From: a virus
Taxonomy: Duplodnaviria; Caudoviricetes
Strand: one strand, 5' to 3'
Virus record (IMG/VR): IMGVR_UViG_3300036784_000146
Coordinates: 32,001-96,000 of that record
DNA: 64,000 nt
Below the pieces are notes generated by a model. The model saw nothing but the letters and a program-made list of their open reading frames with translations. It was not told the origin of the DNA and did not search any database. The first letter of the stretch is position 1; every line of letters starts with the position of its first letter. The position numbers and the translations under genes are program-made. This document shows positions 27,638-36,182 of this stretch, piece after piece.

Positions 27638-28639
27638 GTGAGCGAGATAGCTCAAGACCTCGAACGCATCCTCGCCGACCTCGTTCGACGGGAGCTGGGA
27701 GCCCTTGGCGATCAGCTCGTCTCCGCCATCGGCAACATCAATTCCAAATTCAATGATTTCGACACCAAGCTAGGAGCAATCGTGACAACTCTCGACGAAT
27801 TGACCACATTGACGAACCAGGTGCAGACCTTGGTACAGGGCTTCTCTCAGGCCGGTACGGATGTAGCTGCGGCGGAGGCCCAGATCGCGGACCTGCAGGG
27901 CCAGTTGGCCACCGCGCAGACCCAGATCGCCACCGATGCCACCACCGCGCAGGCCGACGAGGCGCAGGTCGCCACGCTGACCACCGCGATAAGCCAGCTG
28001 CAGGACCAGCTCACCGCACTGCAGAATGTCCTCAACCCGCCCGCGCCGACCCCCACTCCGACTCCCACTCCGACGCCTACCCCGACACCCACTCCGACCC
28101 CGACGCCTACTCCAACCCCGGCGGCTTCCATCACGGTCACCAGCGTGTCTCCGGCCACGGGCAGCGACCAGGGTGGCGACACCTTGACGGTTGCAGGCTC
28201 GGGCTTCGCCAACGCGTCGGGCGTGAACTTCGTTGACTCGACCGGCGCCGCCACTCCGGCCGCCAGCTGGTCGCTGTTGGACGACGGCAATCTGCAGGCG
28301 GTCACCCCGGCGCTGGCCGACGGCACCTACGACGTGGTTGTGACGGCCACTGACGGCACCAGCTCGGCAACGAGCGCGGCCGACCAGTTCAGCACCTCGG
28401 CTCCGGCCCCTGCGCCCACTCCGACACCCACGCCTACACCCACCCCGGCTCCTAGCGGCACGCTGAGCCCGGTGGACCCTAACGCCGCTCCGGTTCCGGC
28501 CGGGACTCTGGACCCGACCACCCTGGTGGTCGAGGTGCCTGCGGGTACCACTCCGGTAGTCCTTCCGGCTAACGCCGTAGCTGTGGCCGCCGGTACCCTG
28601 CCCGCCGACGCGACAGTAACGCCTGTACAGCAGTCGTAA
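27638..28639 (+). CDS. coiled-coil / Pro-Thr linker / IPT-TIG (Ig-like) domain protein
   Basis: Heptad coiled coil, (PT)n linkers, ITVTSVSPATGS..GG.TLTV.GSGF...V.F IPT signature. Confidence 0.75.
   Translation: MSEIAQDLERILADLVRRELGALGDQLVSAIGNINSKFNDFDTKLGAIVTTLDELTTLTNQVQTLVQGFSQAGTDVAAAEAQIADLQGQLATAQTQIATDATTAQADEAQVATLTTAISQLQDQLTALQNVLNPPAPTPTPTPTPTPTPTPTPTPTPTPTPAASITVTSVSPATGSDQGGDTLTVAGSGFANASGVNFVDSTGAATPAASWSLLDDGNLQAVTPALADGTYDVVVTATDGTSSATSAADQFSTSAPAPAPTPTPTPTPTPAPSGTLSPVDPNAAPVPAGTLDPTTLVVEVPAGTTPVVLPANAVAVAAGTLPADATVTPVQQS
28046..28120 (+). repeat. 6-bp tandem repeat encoding (Pro-Thr)n
   Basis: CCNACN repeats; a second shorter tract lies near 28410-28447. Confidence 0.85.
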
Positions 28640-28685
28640 AACTAAAACCGATCCGGTAAACGCAAGAGTGACCCGGATGGTAACG

Positions 28686-28733
28686 AAGAAACCAGGCTGG
28701 TAAACAAAATGCTTTTTCCGGCCTGGTTTCTTT
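28686..28733 (+). terminator. intrinsic (possibly bidirectional) terminator
   Basis: AAGAAACCAGGCTGG...CCGGCCTGGTTTCTTT inverted repeat. Confidence 0.65.
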
Positions 28734-28809
28734 CGCGTTCATGTGCTATGTGGCTACTATGGGCTAACCTTTAGGGGAAAGCTAGAGAACAACTAGCAGA
28801 GAGAGCCCG

Positions 28810-29001
28810 ATGAAGAACTATCTGGTGACGCTGATCAGTCGAGACAGCGGCGATCTGCAGCGCATCGTGGTGCAGTCAGAGTGCCCTTGCGGCATGCAAG
28901 AGTTCGTCGACGGTCTGAGCGACCTTCATGTCACGAGCCCTGTGGTCGTTGATATCAACGAGACAGCTGCCAGTCATCTGCCTCAGGTAGATCCGACCTA
29001 A
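28810..29001 (+). CDS. hypothetical protein (63 aa)
   Basis: Small ORF with a TACTAT -10-like hexamer upstream at 28755. Confidence 0.5.
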   Translation: MKNYLVTLISRDSGDLQRIVVQSECPCGMQEFVDGLSDLHVTSPVVVDINETAASHLPQVDPT

Positions 29002-29083
29002 ACCCCGGCGCCGCACTGGCCCTGCGGCAAGTCCTACGGCCCGCCCCGATCTCCCGGGGGCGGGCTGTAGTGCGTCTGGGACC

Positions 29084-29122
29084 TGTGAACCTGCACCCGA
29101 GCATCCTTAAAGGGTAGGAGGA
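29084..29122 (+). promoter_or_regulatory. bipartite TGT-N22-AAAGGG motif, copy 4
   Basis: CCTGTG (TGT at 29084), AAAGGGTAGGAGGA from 29109. Confidence 0.55.
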
Positions 29123-29178
29123 CGCTGCGCAGCGGGAAGAGAACCCTGGCAGGACTCCCTGACCCCGAGAGGATCATC

Positions 29179-30015
29179 GTGAACGCACCGACCGACACCC
29201 CCACTGACAAAGTCGCCGCCGACGAGAAGATCGCCAACCTGGAATCTCAGCTCGCCGAGGCCATGAGCTTCATCAACCAGATGAAAGCAAGCGGTGTCGG
29301 GGCTCCCGCCGCCGCGCCGGATGTGGTCATGGCGGCGCCTGAGAAGCCGCGTACCGTGATGAACCTCCGCGAGTTGCGCCAATACGAGGGCACGCTCTAC
29401 GTCAAACACAACGACCCTCAGCGCCAATTCAGCTGCCACCAGGCGTTGGGCGAGCACCGCGTCGACTTCGATCTCGGTCCGGCCGGGCGCGGCGACGACG
29501 TCGCCATCCTGCCCAAGCTGGCCTTGGAGATCCGGGGCATCCAGCGTGCTTGGAAGCGCAAGACGATCACTATCTCCAAAGAGGAGGACATGGACGAAGA
29601 GATCGATCTGATGATGGCGACCCACGGCAGCTACGCCGAGTCGGTGCTGGCCGAGCTGCAGGTCCAGGTCACTCCGTCAAACAACGAGCGCGACATCCTC
29701 ACCCGGCCCTGCCTGCGGTGTGGTCGGTGGGGTCGCGACCAGTATGGCCAGTCAACGCCGGTGGTTGAGGGCGGCAGCTCGATGATGACCTACGCCGACT
29801 ACAAGGGTGGGCGTCCGCCCCTGTGCACCGCCCACCAACACGAGGAGCACCTGTGGGTGGCCTCGCTGATCACCAACCCGTCGACCGGCCAGCAAGACTG
29901 GGCCTACAACCCGATGGTCGTTGGGGAGACTCAGCCCGGGATACCCCCACAGCAGCAACAGCAGCCCTATACAGGGGCGATCACGCCGCAGCATATGCAG
30001 CAGTACTACCAGTAA
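29179..30015 (+). CDS. hypothetical protein with C-terminal CxxC..CxxH
   Basis: 278 aa ORF with RBS GAGG; PCLRCG...PLCTAH. Confidence 0.7.
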   Translation: MNAPTDTPTDKVAADEKIANLESQLAEAMSFINQMKASGVGAPAAAPDVVMAAPEKPRTVMNLRELRQYEGTLYVKHNDPQRQFSCHQALGEHRVDFDLGPAGRGDDVAILPKLALEIRGIQRAWKRKTITISKEEDMDEEIDLMMATHGSYAESVLAELQVQVTPSNNERDILTRPCLRCGRWGRDQYGQSTPVVEGGSSMMTYADYKGGRPPLCTAHQHEEHLWVASLITNPSTGQQDWAYNPMVVGETQPGIPPQQQQQPYTGAITPQHMQQYYQ

Positions 30016-30027
30016 AGGAAGGTAGCC

Positions 30028-30318
30028 ATGACTAGTCCTCAACAGCCGGGGATCTTGTTTACCGGCAACTACCGCGTCGTAGCGGGCAATCCCGGTGTTC
30101 CGGGTGCCCCGAGCGTTCTCGATGAGTTGGCCAATCCGCCCGCCACAGCGGTGCAGGCCCAGACGGACGGCAAGGCCGCCCAGGCTGCGCTCGGCGTTGT
30201 CAAGACGGCGGCTTTCCAGGCAGCCACTAAGGTCGCCTCGTCCCATTACGACAAGATCAAGAACTTCTACGACGGGGCCGGTGTCGTCGGCATCGCCAAC
30301 AACAACCCGCTGTCGTAG
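30028..30318 (+). CDS. small virion-associated hypothetical protein
   Basis: RBS AAGGAAGG; tight operon. Confidence 0.65.
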   Translation: MTSPQQPGILFTGNYRVVAGNPGVPGAPSVLDELANPPATAVQAQTDGKAAQAALGVVKTAAFQAATKVASSHYDKIKNFYDGAGVVGIANNNPLS

Positions 30319-30401
30319 GGGGAGAAGTAACCGGCGCGTCAAGGCTGACACCAGGGCCGACGCGCCGGTCAGATTCCCAGTTTAGTACCCGGAGGTAGGA
30401 A

Positions 30402-30563
30402 ATGACTCAGCCAGCACCGCCAACGCCATATATGACTCGGGCAGCCATCAACAACCTGGCCAACTCCAACGAAGACCCGATTAAGGACTTCGCCGACTCG
30501 GTCGGCGTCGTCAACTCGCCAGCCAGCGGCTTGAGTGCGCCGCCGCCTACCAAGGAGTTCTAA
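30402..30563 (+). CDS. 53 aa hypothetical protein
   Basis: GGAGG RBS; MTQPAPPTPY...PIKDFADSVGVV; below the ORF-track cutoff. Confidence 0.55.
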   Translation: MTQPAPPTPYMTRAAINNLANSNEDPIKDFADSVGVVNSPASGLSAPPPTKEF

Positions 30564-30566
30564 CCA

Positions 30567-31544
30567 GTGGGATCGGGATCGACCGCCTATCCCGGCGGCG
30601 ACGATACGTTCACCATCCCCTCCGATCCCGAGAACACACCCACTTCATCGGCAGGGGACGGTACGAGAGACCTGCCGCAATCGATCGCCGACGAAGGTGC
30701 GGCGATCATGGCTCTGGAAGCCAATGCGGCCCAGAAGCCCCACACCCACTCCGGTGGCTCCGACGGCACGGTGATCCTGAGGCAGTCCTCCACGCACGCC
30801 AACGCCGACACCGATACGTCCAACACGTCGATTCACCACACCATCGGGCCCGGTGCACACCAGGCGTCGGCCGGGAACCATACGCACAACTACAACTCCC
30901 TGACCGGCGACCCGCTGATCATTTGTACGTCAGTGAATCGTCCGCCCAGCCCGTTCGTCGGCCAGATGATCTTCGAGACCGACACCGGTGTCTGGCGCCA
31001 GTGGTATGCCTACTCCACACCGAGCCCCGTCTGGCAAATCCTGCCGATGGGCAGAGTCCCGAACTTCCGCGCCGAGGCCCAGACCGTCCAGGCCGTGCTG
31101 CGCGAGGAGAGCCACGCGCTCTCACTCACCACGATCATTCAAGACTTCTTCTGGGGGATCTTCGGTATCGCCCAGTTCATGGTGACCGACGTCTCCGCCA
31201 CCGATATCGTCATCCCCGAGCCCGGCACCTACCACGTGCACGCCTCGATCTGCTGGGACCCGTCCAACACCTACCAGGACCAGTCCTCGGTGCAGGTCAC
31301 CGTCAACGGCGCCGACGTCGGGCGCAAGAATTGGGAGTGGGTACGCGGGCCGGTCAACCCCTACTCGGGCACGGCAGGCTTCTCGCAGACCAACGAGATC
31401 GAGTTCTACTACCCGTTCCAAGCCGGGGATGTGTTGCGGGTGATCGCCGAGCACAACGCCCAGGAGACCTCGTTCCTGTGGTACAACCCCAACCCGCCGG
31501 TGCGTCAGGTCTGCTTCGTCGAGTGCATGTTCCATAGCCCGTAA
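30567..31544 (+). CDS. collar/whisker-type fibre protein with C1q-like C-terminus
   Basis: HxH repeats, TS..RP..PFVGQMIFETDTG fibre motif, PGTYHVHASICW...AGDVLRV beta-sandwich. Confidence 0.55.
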   Translation: MGSGSTAYPGGDDTFTIPSDPENTPTSSAGDGTRDLPQSIADEGAAIMALEANAAQKPHTHSGGSDGTVILRQSSTHANADTDTSNTSIHHTIGPGAHQASAGNHTHNYNSLTGDPLIICTSVNRPPSPFVGQMIFETDTGVWRQWYAYSTPSPVWQILPMGRVPNFRAEAQTVQAVLREESHALSLTTIIQDFFWGIFGIAQFMVTDVSATDIVIPEPGTYHVHASICWDPSNTYQDQSSVQVTVNGADVGRKNWEWVRGPVNPYSGTAGFSQTNEIEFYYPFQAGDVLRVIAEHNAQETSFLWYNPNPPVRQVCFVECMFHSP

Positions 31545-31552
31545 GGAGGATC

Positions 31553-32542
31553 GTGGTTGCCTATCCGTCGGGCATGGCCGTCTGGTCCCCGAAGATCACC
31601 AACTCGGCGTTGGCCCGAAAGTTCGTCTCGCTCAACGGGTATGGCTACGTCGCGATCACCATCTATAACGGCCAGACTGCCGTCGACCCCGACCCGGGGA
31701 CGCTGGCCCTGCAGGTCTGGTTCGACGACGTCACCAATCCCGATGCGACACTGAGCGATCCGCGCGGCACTCAGGTGATCAACGTGACGGCCAGCGAGAT
31801 CACTCGCGCCGATACTGGCATGTACCACTACGCCATTGGACCCGAGTACACCGGCAATATCGGGGTGCTCACCGCCGAGTGGTCCTATCAGGTTGCCGGT
31901 CAGGCCATCACCTACAGCGACTACCTGCAGATCCTCGAACAGATGCCGTTGTACGAGACGCTCACCGACGCCGAGAAAGGCCTTGTCGAGCAAGTGAATT
32001 GGATGCTCGGGGACCTCTTCGATTCCACCACCGGCGGCCCGCACCTGATGGACGAGTTCCAGACGCACTTCAATTCGGAGCGCATCGCCGAGCTGGCCCA
32101 GATCGCCACCACCCGGTTCAACTACATCGGCTTCCCGGTGACCGACTACGCCTTCGGGGGTACCAGCTCGGGCCAGGGTGGCTTCACCGGCCTGTTGGTG
32201 ATCGGCACTTACCTGGAAGTGCTGCGCCACCTTATCCGCAGCTACGTCGAGATCCCGGTGTGGCAGAACATGAACGTCACCTACGAGGACCGCCGCGAGT
32301 ACATGGCCCGCTGGAAGCAGGTCTTCGACGACGAGTGGGCCGACTACCAGACGATGGTCAAGATGGCCAAGCGCTCGCTGCTGCAGCTGGGTCGGGGCTC
32401 GCTGCTGCTCGGCGGTGGCTACTTCGGCATGAACGGCAGCCGGGGCCTGTTCCTGTTCAGCCCCTACTCGGCTCTCGCTCGGAGCTTCCGCTTCTATCCC
32501 GCCGCCCCGGCGATCAGCTTCCCGTCGACGAGGATCCCGTGA
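31553..32542 (+). CDS. head-tail adaptor/neck protein
   Basis: Synteny; DRREYMARW and LLLGGG motifs typical of large-myovirus adaptors. Confidence 0.55.
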   Translation: MVAYPSGMAVWSPKITNSALARKFVSLNGYGYVAITIYNGQTAVDPDPGTLALQVWFDDVTNPDATLSDPRGTQVINVTASEITRADTGMYHYAIGPEYTGNIGVLTAEWSYQVAGQAITYSDYLQILEQMPLYETLTDAEKGLVEQVNWMLGDLFDSTTGGPHLMDEFQTHFNSERIAELAQIATTRFNYIGFPVTDYAFGGTSSGQGGFTGLLVIGTYLEVLRHLIRSYVEIPVWQNMNVTYEDRREYMARWKQVFDDEWADYQTMVKMAKRSLLQLGRGSLLLGGGYFGMNGSRGLFLFSPYSALARSFRFYPAAPAISFPSTRIP

Positions 32543-33261
32543 TGCGCATCCACAGGCAGGCCGAGACTTTTGCCTACCGGCTGGCGACACCCGCCATGCC
32601 GGGAGCTTCGCTAAACGTCACCGACAGCGCTCCCCAGAGAAACAGACCCGTCAAGCTGGTGTACGGCGGCGCATTCAACCCGCCGCACGAGGGGCACGTA
32701 GGCGCGCTGCGAGACGCGCACAATGCGCTCGCCGGTGCTGGGTACCAAGTAGACGGCACCGTCGTTACGCCTACCGCAGACAAGCTGTTGGCGAAGAAGC
32801 AGATGGATCCGCAGTATCAACTGGGCCTGCAGGCTCGCGCCAACGTGAGCCGGGCCGCATTCCCACCCGAGATAAACGGTTCTCCCGTGGAGGTTCACAC
32901 CGGGCCGTCCGAGGAGGTCGAGCACTCCGCAGGGAAGCCACGGCGCACCGATCTCGCGAACTGGGTGCAGCGGCAATACCCGAATCACACCATCGTCAAC
33001 GTCACCGGAGAAGACGCCACCGTGCCCGGTGCCCCTGAGGGCGGTCCGCATCCGTCGCTGTACTCCGGCGAGGTCGGCTCCAATCATGCGGGCTACAACT
33101 ATCTCACGCTGCCGCGCGATCCCGTAGAGAGCATGAGTTCAAGCAAGATTCGCGCTGCCGAAGCTGCAGGCCAGCCGCTCCCTGGAATGACGCCAGGGTC
33201 GGAGCGTGCCTATCGCGAAGAGCTGGCAAAGCATCGAGCGAACTTCGCCGGGATTCCGTAA
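32542..33261 (+). CDS. NadD/NMNAT-like HxGH nucleotidyltransferase
   Basis: YGGAFNPPHEGH and MSSSKIR motifs; true start ATG 32542 overlaps the upstream stop. Confidence 0.8.
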   Translation: MRIHRQAETFAYRLATPAMPGASLNVTDSAPQRNRPVKLVYGGAFNPPHEGHVGALRDAHNALAGAGYQVDGTVVTPTADKLLAKKQMDPQYQLGLQARANVSRAAFPPEINGSPVEVHTGPSEEVEHSAGKPRRTDLANWVQRQYPNHTIVNVTGEDATVPGAPEGGPHPSLYSGEVGSNHAGYNYLTLPRDPVESMSSSKIRAAEAAGQPLPGMTPGSERAYREELAKHRANFAGIP

Positions 33262-34226
33262 TGCAGGTCCTTCGGCAGCGCGAGCAGTTCGCCTACCGGC
33301 TGGCGGCGTCGACCAAGCTCTATCGAGGGCTCAATATCGACACGCGCCAGCCTGGGCTTGAGAAGGTGCATTCCATTCTGAATCCACCAGGCACACAGCC
33401 CCTAGAACACCACCCGGGTTGGGATCACCCCGAGGTGGGCACGCACTTACTGAACTGGCTGTCCGACAACAGGAGCGGTCTGGGCAGGCATTGGAGTGAA
33501 GACCCCGCTCAAGCCGAGACGTTCGCCAGGTGGCCCGACGAGACCACCGGACGAGGTGGCAATCTGCAGGCCGTCGTCGAGGGCGACTGGGGTGGGCAGG
33601 GAGCCGATCCCAACCGCACCAACACTCGCGAGTTCAACGACGCCGGAGAGCAGATCCGATCCTTCCCCTGGGAGAAGGAGCACACGCTGTCGCCGGGTGC
33701 CCACCTCAACGTCACCGGCCTGAAGATCCGGCCCTACGACGACGAGTACTGGAATGGCCCTAGCACGGGTGATGAGCCCATCGACGAGAACCACGAGGGG
33801 CCTTGGCATTCGGTGCTCGGTGCCTCGTCGTCGCGAACGGCCGCTGCTGCCGAGCCGTTCATGGTGCCGACCGAGCATTTGGCCCCTCATATCGTCTTCG
33901 ACCGGTCCACCATGATGGAGCAGAGCAAGCCCAACTTCCAGGAGCTGCTGGCGCACATCAAGAAGCACGGGATCCAAGATCCCGTCACCATGGAGACCGA
34001 CGGGCAAACGGGCACCTTGGCCGACGGCAACCACCGGTGGGCGGCCGCCAAGATCCTTGGCCTCCCTCACGTCCCCACTCGGTTCGTTCGAGAGAACACC
34101 AAGTTCTTGCAGCACATCGGTGCTCCGGAACTGCATCCGATGATCCGTCAGCACCTGGCGGCGCACCCGGAGGCCATTCAGGAGGACGTCGAGCGCCAGC
34201 CATCCTGGCAGCAGGGGGAACGATGA
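33261..34226 (+). CDS. ADP-ribosyltransferase-like domain fused to ParB/Srx N-terminal domain
   Basis: LYRG...G.HWS.D...A..FA...EKE (R-S-E-like), then IKKHGIQDPV...LADGNHRWAAAKILG (ParB-N). Confidence 0.65.
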   Translation: MQVLRQREQFAYRLAASTKLYRGLNIDTRQPGLEKVHSILNPPGTQPLEHHPGWDHPEVGTHLLNWLSDNRSGLGRHWSEDPAQAETFARWPDETTGRGGNLQAVVEGDWGGQGADPNRTNTREFNDAGEQIRSFPWEKEHTLSPGAHLNVTGLKIRPYDDEYWNGPSTGDEPIDENHEGPWHSVLGASSSRTAAAAEPFMVPTEHLAPHIVFDRSTMMEQSKPNFQELLAHIKKHGIQDPVTMETDGQTGTLADGNHRWAAAKILGLPHVPTRFVRENTKFLQHIGAPELHPMIRQHLAAHPEAIQEDVERQPSWQQGER

Positions 34227-34831
34227 CGATCCGAGTCCCCATGCAGTACTCGGTCTACCGGGCCCGTCGGTGGGTCAGGGGATCTCTGCAGGCTCACGGC
34301 GAGCAGTGCATCCTGCTGCCCATCTACCATCCCAGCCGGGATAAGGACGGCACGCGCTGTCCGCGCTGCACCGATGACATCTACACCGGCGGCAAGGCCA
34401 GTTGCTCGATCTGCTACGGCACGGCCTTCGTCGGCGGTCCCCGCACGGCCGCCCGCGTCTGGGCGCTCTTCAGCGATACCAAGCGCCCCGAGCAGTACGG
34501 CCAGCGCGGTGTCTGGGCGGCCGACGCGCGCGAGATCCAGACCGAGGCCTTCCCCGAGCTGCGCGAGCACGATTACGTGGCGCGGATAAAGAGCTGGGAC
34601 GTCACCGGCGCCATCCCGCAGGAGGTGTACGCCATTTACGGCGTCGGCGAGGTCAACCAGGACTCGCTGCGCACCGGCGGCCGGTTCGGCCAGTACCACC
34701 TCGACGTTGTCGGCCAGCGCGCACCGGTCACTAAGCTGGCGCCCAACATCAAGATCTACGACTACCCGCTCGTCGGCCAGACTTTCCCGGGCGTGAGCTG
34801 GGACAACCAGGGGAGGGTGATCGAGGGATGA
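34223..34831 (+). CDS. head-to-tail stopper/closure protein with Zn finger
   Basis: RCPRC...CSICYGT.F; synteny; start ATG 34223. Confidence 0.55.
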   Translation: MTIRVPMQYSVYRARRWVRGSLQAHGEQCILLPIYHPSRDKDGTRCPRCTDDIYTGGKASCSICYGTAFVGGPRTAARVWALFSDTKRPEQYGQRGVWAADAREIQTEAFPELREHDYVARIKSWDVTGAIPQEVYAIYGVGEVNQDSLRTGGRFGQYHLDVVGQRAPVTKLAPNIKIYDYPLVGQTFPGVSWDNQGRVIEG

Positions 34832-35316
34832 GGATTCCGCACCCCAAGAACGGCTGCGTGCGCACCTCCGAGCTGGCCGCCAAGAAGGCCCGTATGTCGG
34901 CGCGCTCGTTCGGCTGGTCGGACAAGACCATCGAGTCGATCGTCCCGGCAGAGCAGGCGCCCGGGAGGGTCGCAATCACCAGCCACCTCAAGTACATCCG
35001 CGTCTATCAAGAGCAAGGCACCCGACCTTTCTTGATGTGGTGGGTGCAGAACCGCACGGTCCCGATCGGCTGCAAGCAGGGCGACGGCCCGCACTTCCGG
35101 CATGGCTCTCACGTCGGCGAGCCCGGCTACGTCAACATCCCGCACGTCGGCCGGGTCTACCGCGAGCAGCGCTGGCGCCACCCCGGTATCAAGCCCAAGC
35201 ACTTCATGCAGCAGGCCATCACCGACGCCATCCTCGAAGACAGGCCCAACCTCAAGATGGACATCATGACCCTGCTGAAGAGCCTGGCCGGTGTAGTGAG
35301 GAGGGGGAGAACATGA
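34828..35316 (+). CDS. neck/tail completion protein
   Basis: EQGTRPF...WRHPGIKPKHFMQQA is an HK97 gp10-like pattern. Confidence 0.55.
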   Translation: MRIPHPKNGCVRTSELAAKKARMSARSFGWSDKTIESIVPAEQAPGRVAITSHLKYIRVYQEQGTRPFLMWWVQNRTVPIGCKQGDGPHFRHGSHVGEPGYVNIPHVGRVYREQRWRHPGIKPKHFMQQAITDAILEDRPNLKMDIMTLLKSLAGVVRRGRT

Positions 35317-36125
35317 CCAACCCGGATGACGGGCCCTATGGTCCCGACGCCTTCATGTCGGACGATCCGCAGAACCTGCTTGAATACGTCAACGAGAAGC
35401 TGCCGGAGGCATCCGAGGGCGGTCCCATCGAGGCCACCAAGCGCGCGATCGTCGCCGCGCTGCGCGACGGTTTCAAGAGCGTCGACATCCGCGTCCAGGG
35501 CAAGCCACCCTATATCGATCTGGAATATCCGCTGGAAGAGACGCAGTATCCGGGTATCTGGGTCCAGTTCACGCTCAGCCAGTTCGTCCCGAGCGGGCTG
35601 GGCAACGAGTATATGGTCCAGACCATCGTCAACGGCAACCCGGTGTGGACGCCTGTCGCGTCCTTCCACTTCGAGGGCGAGCTGTCGCTGTCGCTGGTGG
35701 CGCTGACCAACCTGGACCGTGACCAGATGGCCGACGCCATCTCCACGTCGCTGGTTGCCTCGCGCACGCCGGAGGTGTGGGTCACCCAGGCTGGACAGGA
35801 CACCCAGAAGAACCGTTCGTTCATGGCCGCGCTGATGAGCAACCCGTCTGTGAGTCTGACGCCCAACTTCGGCAGCCTGAAGTCCGGAGGCCAGGGCGCA
35901 GAGATGGGAACCCCCTGGCAGCCCGACATCATGGTCTACACCGACAGCTATTCGTTCGGGCTGATGGGGGAGACTCAGATCAAGTACATGCACGACGGTG
36001 CATACACCCTGTCCCGAGTCGACTACGTGCCCACAGCCGTGGATTCGATCGCCGATGCCTACCCACCTGCACCGGACCCGCTGGGCCGAGGAGAGGTCGG
36101 CTTCCAGACCTCGCGAACGCTGTAA
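35313..36125 (+). CDS. tail terminator-like protein
   Basis: IDLEYP...YP.IWVQF...RDQMAD; immediately before the sheath; start ATG 35313. Confidence 0.5.
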   Translation: MTNPDDGPYGPDAFMSDDPQNLLEYVNEKLPEASEGGPIEATKRAIVAALRDGFKSVDIRVQGKPPYIDLEYPLEETQYPGIWVQFTLSQFVPSGLGNEYMVQTIVNGNPVWTPVASFHFEGELSLSLVALTNLDRDQMADAISTSLVASRTPEVWVTQAGQDTQKNRSFMAALMSNPSVSLTPNFGSLKSGGQGAEMGTPWQPDIMVYTDSYSFGLMGETQIKYMHDGAYTLSRVDYVPTAVDSIADAYPPAPDPLGRGEVGFQTSRTL

Positions 36126-36160
36126 ACGAACCGCCCGCGCGCAAGAAAGGGAGAGAGGGA
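36121..36160 (+). promoter_or_regulatory. bipartite TGT-N22-AAAGGG motif, copy 5
   Basis: CTGTAA (TGT at 36121), AAAGGGAGAGAGGGA from 36146. Confidence 0.55.
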
Positions 36161-36182
36161 CGCGTTTTAGCAGGGAGGTTCC

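Noticed and set aside
28046-28450. Short tandem repeats as a possible CRISPR or VNTR element
   Set aside because: They are coding Pro-Thr linkers with synonymous variation and no spacers
31879-32541. 5' part of the 460 aa ORF
   Set aside because: Off-frame overlap with the adaptor gene; the real gene starts at 32542
33860-34226. ParB-N domain as the cognate binder of the parS site
   Set aside because: Only the ParB/Srx catalytic-type domain is present, with no HTH or dimerisation region and no parA nearby
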